Source: Candidatus Methanoperedens sp. (GTDB taxonomy: Archaea; Halobacteriota; Methanosarcinia; Methanosarcinales; Methanoperedenaceae). From it: a stretch of 32,000 nucleotides of DNA. Position 1 is the stretch's first letter; the number at the start of each line of letters is the position of its first letter. Of this stretch, positions 9,371 through 17,054 are shown in pieces. The notes below the pieces were generated by a model. The model was given only the letters and a program-made list of their open reading frames with translations. It did not search any database and was not told the origin of the DNA. Location of the stretch: contig JBGQBI010000004.1 in NCBI GenBank assembly GCA_041494705.1, forward strand, positions 30,001 to 62,000. Reading direction: 5' to 3'. A program made the translations under genes and the position numbers.

Positions 9371-9384
9371 ACCAATTCCTCATC

Positions 9385-10185
9385 TCAAATCAACCCCTCA
9401 AGCACCCTCCTCCCTGCCCTGACATCCTCAATTGAAAACACTTCAAGATTATAGACACCATCAAAATCAAGCTCTTTGAGGACGGAAAAATCTATACCAC
9501 CTGTTCCCGGCGCCCCATGAAAGTCCCCCCAGTACTTCTCAGTCAGCATGCCGCCGTTATCGTGGACATGAACATGAACCACATATTCCTTGATTTCACG
9601 CGCAAAATCCCGCAGTTTCGACGCATCCCCTCCGCATGTCAGGTTTGCATGGCCTATATCGAATGTTGCTCTCATGTTCGGTGAGCCTATTTGCTCTATG
9701 GCATTTATGAGTTCAGATGCCAGGCAGCACAGGTTCTCCGGGTCTGTCCCTTCCTTGTTCTCAAGTCCGAGCATCACATTCCTATCTTCCGCAAACCGTG
9801 CAATCCGGGATAATCCTGATACCATACTGTCAAAAGACTTATTCCTGTCCATATCCATCCTGCCCGGGTGGATAACCACAACACTTGAACCAAGTTCCTC
9901 AGCCATCGTTATACTTTCCTTGAGGAGTCTTTCCTGGGTATCATTTAACCTCGCAGTATCAACAACCAGTTCATTAGGATAATTGGGAGCGTCGCTGAAA
10001 TATGGGGCATGGATAGATGTGGATAACTCGCATGTTGAAAGGAAATCCCGGATTTTTCCAACCCTGCTTTTTATTAGTTTTGTTCCTTCATATACACCGA
10101 GTTTTGGAATGTATAACTCAATTGATTCAACAACATGTTCCAATTCAGGAAAACTCCCTGCAAAAGATGATGCTCCGATTATCAT
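9385..10185 (-). CDS. Sugar phosphate isomerase/epimerase (xylose isomerase-like TIM barrel, AP endonuclease 2 family)
   Basis: Motifs VVIHPG, LGLEN, FDIGHAN and HVHVHDN match the metal ligands of this TIM-barrel family. The ORF runs to 10350, but the first 55 codons are AT-rich and Cys/Tyr/Ile-biased, so I prefer the Met at 10185 (MIIGASSF...). Confidence 0.75.
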   Translation of the reverse strand: MIIGASSFAGSFPELEHVVESIELYIPKLGVYEGTKLIKSRVGKIRDFLSTCELSTSIHAPYFSDAPNYPNELVVDTARLNDTQERLLKESITMAEELGSSVVVIHPGRMDMDRNKSFDSMVSGLSRIARFAEDRNVMLGLENKEGTDPENLCCLASELINAIEQIGSPNMRATFDIGHANLTCGGDASKLRDFAREIKEYVVHVHVHDNGGMLTEKYWGDFHGAPGTGGIDFSVLKELDFDGVYNLEVFSIEDVRAGRRVLEGLI

Positions 10186-10750
10186 TCCCTGTACGAGGCA
10201 ATATCTGTATATTATGATTTCGATGCGCAATTGCACTGTTTTTGTTATCGCAGCAAATTCTTGTGTATCCTTTGAAAGTTTGCAGGATATTATAGAATAA
10301 TTAAAATTGGACTCATAATAATCATAAAGGCAAGCGTTATATAATATCATGATTAATACTTTGATTTGCTATACGCTGGATACTATAGTAGGAGTTAAAA
10401 ACGTGAAACCCATATCAGGCTGCGCTGTCGGTAAAGGATTATTTGCTTCATTTGCCGGTTATGAGATGACCGATACACTGCCATTGCGCCTTGTGACCGA
10501 ATGTAAGCGAAAACTCACAAAGGATTGCAGTATTGATATTTGCCCGAGATTCAGAAGCGGGATATCGGGTTCGCACAGGATATCCTGGAGAAATGAAGGC
10601 GCTAAACTTTGATGATTTGATTTAAACACGAATATTGCGGTCATTTAGCCTGCCTTTTTTATCTACTGTTTTTATCAGGGAATCATCATCTTAAACAATA
10701 ATGATATTTTTTTATATAATCAGGATGTTTCTGGAACTGGAGCAATACTG

Positions 10751-11032
10751 ATGGCTACAAAACAGGGCATTCACAAATCCAGGGGAGGTCTCATAAGAGC
10801 ATTCGCTGTCGCAGAAAACGGAATAATCAAGGATATAACTATTTCAGGGGATTTTTTTATGTTCCCCGAAGAAGCGCTCTTCATAATACTGGAAAAATTA
10901 AAAGGTACGCCTGCAAACCATGCAGCCCTCCTGAAAAATATAGAAGAAATATATAAAAAGGAAAATATCCAATCCCCGGGAACGTCGCCTTCTGATTTTG
11001 CTGAATCCATAATGAAAGCTTTGGAGGGATAG
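10751..11032 (+). CDS. lplB: Lipoate-protein ligase C-terminal accessory domain as a stand-alone protein (LplB-like)
   Basis: It is 93 aa with GGLIRAFAVAENGIIKDITISGDFFMFPEE, characteristic of the LplA C-terminal domain. It lies 2 nt upstream of the catalytic-domain gene, the split arrangement known from Thermoplasma. Confidence 0.7.
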   Translation: MATKQGIHKSRGGLIRAFAVAENGIIKDITISGDFFMFPEEALFIILEKLKGTPANHAALLKNIEEIYKKENIQSPGTSPSDFAESIMKALEG

Positions 11033-11034
11033 GT

Positions 11035-11778
11035 ATGGAAGAATGGCGCTTCATTGACTTCGGACTGGTTGATATACGGGACATGATGGCAATGGATGAA
11101 GCCATATTGAAAGGGGATGGAGGGAACACTTTCTTTTTCTGGACGCCAAAAAAATCCATAATTCTTGGGTTTTTCCAGAAGGCGGATGTTGAATTAAACC
11201 TCGCCCGCTGCATGGATTATACCATCACCCGGCGAATAAGCGGAGGCGGGATAGCCTTCTCGGATGACAGGTGCAGGCAGATAAATTATGGCGTTGTCGG
11301 AACGATAGACAATGAATTGTTCCCCCTCGATATCATCGAATCCTATAAACAGATATGCGGCGTCCTCATTGACACACTTGTTCATTACGGCCTGAATGCG
11401 ACGTTTAGGCCCATTAATGATGTCGTTGTGGACAATAAAAAAATATCAGGTAACGCACAGACACGGTGGGAAGGAAAACTGCTCCAGAACGGCACCCTGC
11501 TCCTTGATTTTGATATTGAGGAGATGCTTCGGATATCCAACATCCCGGAGGAAAAATTTCTTGACAAGAAAATAGCATCCATCAGGGAAGGACTTACATG
11601 GCTTGACCGGGAACTCGGGGAAGAGCGCGATATGGAGGAAGTAAAGGGCATAATAAAACAAAAATTTGAAGACAGATTCCATATCGGGTTAAAACCCGGG
11701 ACTCTTAGCAAAAAAGAAAAGATGCTTACAAAGACACTCTTGCCGAAATATTACTCACATGAATGGACATACCGCTGA
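11035..11778 (+). CDS. lplA: Lipoate-protein ligase A catalytic domain (BPL/LplA/LipB family)
   Basis: It has RRISGGGIAFSD (the RRxSGGGAV-type motif) and KKISGNAQ containing the catalytic lysine. At 247 aa it lacks the C-terminal domain. Confidence 0.8.
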   Translation: MEEWRFIDFGLVDIRDMMAMDEAILKGDGGNTFFFWTPKKSIILGFFQKADVELNLARCMDYTITRRISGGGIAFSDDRCRQINYGVVGTIDNELFPLDIIESYKQICGVLIDTLVHYGLNATFRPINDVVVDNKKISGNAQTRWEGKLLQNGTLLLDFDIEEMLRISNIPEEKFLDKKIASIREGLTWLDRELGEERDMEEVKGIIKQKFEDRFHIGLKPGTLSKKEKMLTKTLLPKYYSHEWTYR

Positions 11779-12808
11779 TTATGATGTGATCGTGGCAGGC
11801 GCAGGTCCTGCCGGGTCGATAACCGCAAAAACGGTTGCAAATGAAGGATATCGGGTTCTTGTGCTTGAAAAAAATACAGCGTGCAGGTCGCCGTGTGCCG
11901 GTTATATCAGCCGTACAATCAATATAGATGTGCCCGGTGAGTCGGTTATCCAGTCAAAAATAACCAGGATGCGCACGTATTTTCCTGATTTATCCTTTCA
12001 TGATTTCCAGTTGAACGGGTTTGTGGTGGACAGGCCGTTATTTGATATGGAGCTTGCCAGGAAAGCCGTGGAATCGGGCGCGGAAATTAAATGGAATTCA
12101 CCACTTGTCGGGATGGGAGCGGAAGGTGTCAGATTCCGCGATAGCAAATCTTCCGGGAAAATAATCGTTGGCTCAGACGGTGTTTTTTCAAAAACAGCCG
12201 CGCTTTTAGGCTTAGGAAAACAGCGATTTGCAGCCTGCGCCCAGTATCACATGAAAGGAATACATACATTATCGCAAACATGTGAGATTTTTTTTGATGC
12301 ATTTTACGCGCCCGGAGGATATATCTGGGTATACCCAACAGGTGCGGACTCAGCGAAAGTGGGTCTTGGGATAACAAAAGGCAAAATCTCACCCCGCGAG
12401 CATCTTGATGCTTTTATCTCCAAATCCCATACTTCGGGACGGTTTTGTGGTGAAAAAATGGAATATATAACAGGCGCCCTGCCGGTAGGCGGGCTTCGTG
12501 AAAAACTCGTTTTTAATAACGTTCTTCTCGTAGGTGACAGCGCAGGAATGGCAGACCCCGTTACAGGCGCCGGTATCAACAATGCAATGCTGGCAGGCGA
12601 GATTGCAGGGAAAACAATAATCAAAGCGCTTGAAAAAGGCGATTTGGCAATCCTCCTGGAGTACGAAAAACAAATCAAAAAACTTCTTGGAAAACCGCTT
12701 GCAAGAGCGCTTGAAAAAAGAAAACAAATGGATGCCTGCTGCAATAACGAGCAATTACAGGAGCATCTGCCTGAATTGTGGGTGACTTTTAAGAAGTACT
12801 GGCTATGA
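11759..12808 (+). CDS. Geranylgeranyl reductase-family FAD-dependent oxidoreductase
   Basis: It has the Rossmann motif DVIVAGAGPAGS and a later GDSAGMADPVTGAGINNA motif typical of GGR/FixC-like flavoproteins. It overlaps lplA by 20 nt. Confidence 0.75.
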   Translation: MNGHTADYDVIVAGAGPAGSITAKTVANEGYRVLVLEKNTACRSPCAGYISRTINIDVPGESVIQSKITRMRTYFPDLSFHDFQLNGFVVDRPLFDMELARKAVESGAEIKWNSPLVGMGAEGVRFRDSKSSGKIIVGSDGVFSKTAALLGLGKQRFAACAQYHMKGIHTLSQTCEIFFDAFYAPGGYIWVYPTGADSAKVGLGITKGKISPREHLDAFISKSHTSGRFCGEKMEYITGALPVGGLREKLVFNNVLLVGDSAGMADPVTGAGINNAMLAGEIAGKTIIKALEKGDLAILLEYEKQIKKLLGKPLARALEKRKQMDACCNNEQLQEHLPELWVTFKKYWL

Positions 12809-13175
12809 GGATGGCGTTAATGCTGCCGTCCTGTCCAGGCCTGTTCGTCACGCGGGCGCTTCCAATCTCGGTTTTGATTATTGAGCCTTTTGTCACGATA
12901 TTTCGCCTGACATAGTGAATATTTGCCGGGTTTCCCGTGACGGTCTCGACCTTAACCTTCTTTGAGGTCTTTGTTTTCGGGTCTGTTACTATTGCGGTAT
13001 TATCCCTCAAGAGCCGGACTTTTTCCTGACCGCCAAGTGTTTTCACGGTCTTCCTTATGGTTTCCCCAAGATGGGTATTTGCGGTTTCCCCGCCGAGTTC
13101 GAATTTTCTCTTGCCTCTTGACTGAATCAGCCTTCCGCCTGTGTATTTGCGAATTGATCTTCCCTGGAATTTCAT
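12789..13175 (-). CDS. rps8e: 30S ribosomal protein S8e
   Basis: The protein aligns along its full length with archaeal S8e: QGRS-RK-TGG, KRKFELGGE, EKVRLLRDNTA-V-DPKT, NPAN-HYVRRNI-TKG, RPGQDG. A GAGGA Shine-Dalgarno lies upstream. Confidence 0.95.
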   Translation of the reverse strand: MKFQGRSIRKYTGGRLIQSRGKRKFELGGETANTHLGETIRKTVKTLGGQEKVRLLRDNTAIVTDPKTKTSKKVKVETVTGNPANIHYVRRNIVTKGSIIKTEIGSARVTNRPGQDGSINAILIASTS

Positions 13176-13322
13176 AATTATCCTCTTTGAACTTAAATTA
13201 TAGAATAATGATTTTCCTTCATAATGCAGTTATGTAATAAAAACCTTCCCTTAATCAAACCAGAGAAAGGCTTATTATGAATGGAATTCGACTGTTAATA
13301 AAGAATAAAAGGGCGTGAATAA

Positions 13323-13700
13323 GTGTTCAGGAGATTTTTGGAATCTTATATAAATGTTTGCAATAATATCGTAACGGAATCCGCTAATTCCGTTTTGATG
13401 TTTGAAGCAGGGGAGCAGGCCGCGCTTGATATTAAAACCTCAAAAATCGAAGATATCCATCCCGAATTTGAAAAAGAGGGGCTTACAACATCCATAGAAA
13501 TCACAGAAAAAAGGGTTATATTTCATGTTAAAGGATTATCTTTCAGAAATAATAAATGTGAATATTGCGATATTTTTAGAGGATTCTTCGGAGGACTGGC
13601 AAAAAAACATATTGACCCCAGGTTTTATTGCAAAAAAGGCGCAGAATGTGTGATTGAGGGAGGAGACCAGTGTATTTTTGTCGCGGAGCTGATAGAATGA
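13323..13700 (+). CDS. V4R-domain (4-vinyl reductase-like) small protein
   Basis: The C-terminal Cys/Gly pattern CEYCDIFRGFFGGL...CVIEGGDQCIFV resembles V4R domains. The start codon is GTG and the start is uncertain. Confidence 0.5.
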   Translation: MFRRFLESYINVCNNIVTESANSVLMFEAGEQAALDIKTSKIEDIHPEFEKEGLTTSIEITEKRVIFHVKGLSFRNNKCEYCDIFRGFFGGLAKKHIDPRFYCKKGAECVIEGGDQCIFVAELIE

Positions 13701-13787
13701 AAAAATTTGACACACGACCTTCAAGCCAGAATAGAATTTTTTGGAATTTTGGATAGGAATTAGGTTAATCTCTCTAAAAGGTGTCCA

Positions 13788-14396
13788 ATGCCAAAAGATT
13801 TGAAAGTAACCCTCAGCGACATAGAATATGAGATTCTTAAAAAGGTGAAAATAGTCGAGGGGGAAGATGGCGAGAAACTCAGGAACCTTTTAAGGCTGTA
13901 TGTTTCCACGATACCTGAATTAAAATCATCCGAATACGCTTTAAGAAGGGTTGAAAACAAGGACAAAATAGAAAAAATCTTAAGGGACGTCTGGGCTGCG
14001 TATGAAATCACGGATTACCCGACAGAAAAATGGAGTGAAGATAAAATCAACAAGTTACACAGCGACCTTGTTGAAATCAATGTTCTTGTTAAAACAGGTG
14101 AAAAACAGTATATACCTTCCAATAAATTCAGGAGCCTTTTCAAAATGCTGCTCCATGATATTACAAATGAATCCAGGGATATGGATGAATATTCTGCAGC
14201 ATGTATGGCTACAATCCAGTTATTGGCGGAGTTCGGCGCAGGAACCTTAAGCAAAGAAACAATAAGGGATGCGACGATTTTAATAAACGAAGGCTGGATG
14301 TTCGTTTACGCAACAGCCATGAAGAAGGCACGGGAGTTCATGAAAACCAAAAAAATGTTCCCGGAAGCGCAAATGCCTGTTCCTGAAGTATCATAG
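13788..14396 (+). CDS. Hypothetical protein (202 aa, helical, no recognised motif)
   Basis: A long ORF with coding-like composition. Only short competing antisense ORFs are present. Confidence 0.55.
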   Translation: MPKDLKVTLSDIEYEILKKVKIVEGEDGEKLRNLLRLYVSTIPELKSSEYALRRVENKDKIEKILRDVWAAYEITDYPTEKWSEDKINKLHSDLVEINVLVKTGEKQYIPSNKFRSLFKMLLHDITNESRDMDEYSAACMATIQLLAEFGAGTLSKETIRDATILINEGWMFVYATAMKKAREFMKTKKMFPEAQMPVPEVS

Positions 14397-14442
14397 GAAA
14401 TCCATAAACCTTTTTAACTATCACGTTTTCTAAATAACACAC

Positions 14443-15402
14443 ATGATTCTCGGCATCGACATCGGCGGCGCAAATACCAAAATAGCCTCGGAAGATGGCA
14501 AAATTGTAGAACTGCATTATATTCCCCTGTGGAAGAACACAAAACTTCCAGAAGTGCTTCTTGATATTGCATGCCGCCTGAAACCTGAAAAAGCGGGCGT
14601 CGTGATAACAGGTGAACTCGCGGACTGCTTTCCTGATAAGGAAGCCGGGCTTTCATCCATAATCGATGCTGTAAATAATGCTTTTTCCGATGCTTATTTC
14701 CTTGACAGCGACGGGATTTTCACAAAAGAAAAAAAACGAAGCATTGCAGCCGCCAACTGGATGGCATCGGCGCTCCTTGTGGGAAGTGAATATGAGGACT
14801 GCATATTCGTGGACATCGGGTCAACGACAGCGGATATAATCCCTATCAGCAATGGCATACCCCAGGCAGCCAGGACTGATTTTGAACGACTGAAAAACAG
14901 AGAGCTTGTTTATTCAGGGGTTTTGCGTACAAATATTGCAGCGCTCCTCAAAAGCGTAAATTTAAACGGAGCAGCATGTGGCATCTCGTCAGAACTCTTC
15001 GCGATAAGCGCTGATGTGTATATGGTTCTTGGATTGATTTCCACTGACCAGTATACCTGCGATACGCCAGACGGGGCGGGAAAAACGATAGTGGATGCAA
15101 AAAGAAGGCTTGCGCGCGTTGTTTGCGCCGACCTGACGGAGATAGGGGAGAGCGACCTTCTTTCGATAGCAAAGCAGGTTATGGAAAAGCAAGTCCGGGA
15201 TATAAAAGAAGCTTTGCTCATTGTCGCAAAAAGGCGGCGCATCAGCAAAGTCGTGGCATGCGGGCTGGGCGAATTCCTGGCTGAAAAAGCAGCGCAGGAG
15301 TGCGGCTTTGAGATAATACTTTTATCAGAAAAATATGGAGCGGAACTATCAAAAGTATTCCCCGCGCATGCAGTGGCGCGGCTGCTGGACAGGTATCGTT
15401 GA
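14443..15402 (+). CDS. ASKHA/hydantoinase-like protein of the H4MPT-linked C1 transfer pathway family (MfnF-like)
   Basis: The N-terminal ILGIDIGGANTK phosphate-1 motif and the later FVDIGSTTADIIP motif are typical of this methanogen-associated hydantoinase A-like family. The specific MfnF function is inference. Confidence 0.65.
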   Translation: MILGIDIGGANTKIASEDGKIVELHYIPLWKNTKLPEVLLDIACRLKPEKAGVVITGELADCFPDKEAGLSSIIDAVNNAFSDAYFLDSDGIFTKEKKRSIAAANWMASALLVGSEYEDCIFVDIGSTTADIIPISNGIPQAARTDFERLKNRELVYSGVLRTNIAALLKSVNLNGAACGISSELFAISADVYMVLGLISTDQYTCDTPDGAGKTIVDAKRRLARVVCADLTEIGESDLLSIAKQVMEKQVRDIKEALLIVAKRRRISKVVACGLGEFLAEKAAQECGFEIILLSEKYGAELSKVFPAHAVARLLDRYR

Positions 15403-15423
15403 AGCAATCAAAGCCAGCACCTG

Positions 15424-16119
15424 CTATTTTAAAAATTCCCGGATTTTATCAAGGTCATCCTTTTTCAATACGAATTCCTGGTTGAATCCGCCCAGCACTG
15501 AATAATCCGCATGAAAATCATTTGCATCAGACGGTGAATCAAAAACATATATCGTGGCATCATAGAATTGGGCAGATGTGTATTCCTGGCCGTTAATCAA
15601 AAATTTCTGGTTATCATCAGTCACAATTTTTGGTATTGTTGCCTCAAGGTAATAATAATCTATACCTCTGAGGTTCCAGTGCCTGTATTTGCTGGAATTA
15701 CCGACATCGCTTACCTTCAGGGCCAACCATGCATGCTGCCTCTGGTAGGAAATAATAATCTTTGGCGCCACGTGGTAATTGGTCCTAATGTAACTCCAGA
15801 AATATGTTGACATCCTTGAACAGTCAAGCTCATCCGCCTGGTAAAGATTGAACCATTTTTTATCATAAAAGGAAGAGAGGTTAAGAGCTATCTTGTCAAT
15901 CAGCAAATCACTTTGGTTTGTAATGCTTCCTGTCTGGTTTGTGCCGGGGACCGGATTATTTTCAGTTTGATTTACAGTCTGGTTGTTAATGCCTGAATTG
16001 TTTGTCATCCCGGGTCTTTCGGGTAAAGAGGCGCTCGTGCCGGATGGTGTAGTCCGGTTAGAATCTATGCACCCTGAAATAAATATAAAGAGAATTATCA
16101 GAATGAATTTTTTATCCAT
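15424..16119 (-). CDS. Secreted/lipobox protein with an Asn/Thr/Gln-rich linker and a possible transglutaminase-like Cys-His core
   Basis: The signal peptide MDKKFILIILFIFISGC has a lipobox-like Cys. The linker carries several N-x-S/T sequons. DCSRMSTYFW ... QHAWLALKV resembles the Cys and His motifs of transglutaminase-like proteases, but the match is weak. Confidence 0.55.
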   Translation of the reverse strand: MDKKFILIILFIFISGCIDSNRTTPSGTSASLPERPGMTNNSGINNQTVNQTENNPVPGTNQTGSITNQSDLLIDKIALNLSSFYDKKWFNLYQADELDCSRMSTYFWSYIRTNYHVAPKIIISYQRQHAWLALKVSDVGNSSKYRHWNLRGIDYYYLEATIPKIVTDDNQKFLINGQEYTSAQFYDATIYVFDSPSDANDFHADYSVLGGFNQEFVLKKDDLDKIREFLK

Positions 16120-16138
16120 TTTTGATTACTTCATTTCT

Positions 16139-16963
16139 CTATTGTTTCAGCCTCGGCAGGACTTTCCTTTTAACCCACCTTGCCAGCAATACTATTAATG
16201 CAATAAATACCACTATCGGCAGAATGTACCCTATGAAAACGATTAACCCGTTTACACTCCCGATAAATCCCGTTGCAGCCTCCCTGAGCGCGTCAGTTAT
16301 TCCCCATCCTTCGCCTGCTATTGGCGCCGGCTCCATGACATTTACTGTAATAGTGGACATTTCAACGCTCTGGTTCAGGTAGTTCATTCTTCCTGTAAGG
16401 CTCTCTATTTCCCCGCGCACCCGCTCAAGCTCACGCTCAACTTCAAGAACATCCTTAACTGTGGATGCATTTTTCAGAATTTCCTGGAACCTTACCTCCT
16501 GCTTTTTCAGGTTATCAAGGCGGGCGCCAACGTCTATGAATTCTTCTGTTACATCCTGACCGGAAATCTGCCTGGACTTTTCGGTTCCCAATGCTTCTAT
16601 TTGCGCGACAGTTGAGTAAAAATTCTTCTGGGGAACCCTTATAGTCATCTGGCCGTTTTTGCTCCCCCCTGAAGCGTCGGTTGATGAACCTGATATAAAA
16701 CCCTGGCTTTCCTCTACTATTTTCGCTATATCATTAAAAGCCTTTTCTGCGCTTTTTACCTCCAGTGTGAGGCTTGCGGTTGAGATAATCTTCCTATCGA
16801 TGACATTAACGGCATTTCCTGTTTGGCTTGTTGTCTGTTCCTTTAATGGATAGTCGAATGATTTTGAAGGTGCTAAATTATTCTGGGGTTCTTTGGAGCC
16901 CAGACAGCCCGCTGTTATTACAAGAAGTAAAACCGCAAATAATAGTAAGGTTTTATTTTTCAT
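16139..16963 (-). CDS. DUF4349-like secreted protein (lipobox, central coiled coil, C-terminal TM anchor)
   Basis: It has the signal/lipobox LLVITAGC. The pattern TASLTLEV...MTIRVPQKNF...DVTEEFIDVGARLDNLKKQE...ERELERVRGEIESL and the C-terminal hydrophobic segment match the DUF4349 architecture. Confidence 0.7.
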   Translation of the reverse strand: MKNKTLLLFAVLLLVITAGCLGSKEPQNNLAPSKSFDYPLKEQTTSQTGNAVNVIDRKIISTASLTLEVKSAEKAFNDIAKIVEESQGFISGSSTDASGGSKNGQMTIRVPQKNFYSTVAQIEALGTEKSRQISGQDVTEEFIDVGARLDNLKKQEVRFQEILKNASTVKDVLEVERELERVRGEIESLTGRMNYLNQSVEMSTITVNVMEPAPIAGEGWGITDALREAATGFIGSVNGLIVFIGYILPIVVFIALIVLLARWVKRKVLPRLKQ

Positions 16964-17054
16964 TATAATCTAATATAACCATGACAATATATAATGCTTA
17001 CTTCATCTTGAAAAAATCGAGATTAATATTCACATATCAGGGATGTACATTGCG

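Noticed and set aside
10186-10350. An N-terminal 55-codon extension of the sugar-phosphate isomerase ORF (MILYNACLYDYYESNFNY...)
   Set aside because: It is AT-rich and has atypical Cys/Tyr/Ile/Asn composition. The conserved TIM-barrel sequence starts at the internal Met (MIIGASSF), so this is probably 5-prime UTR or promoter DNA.
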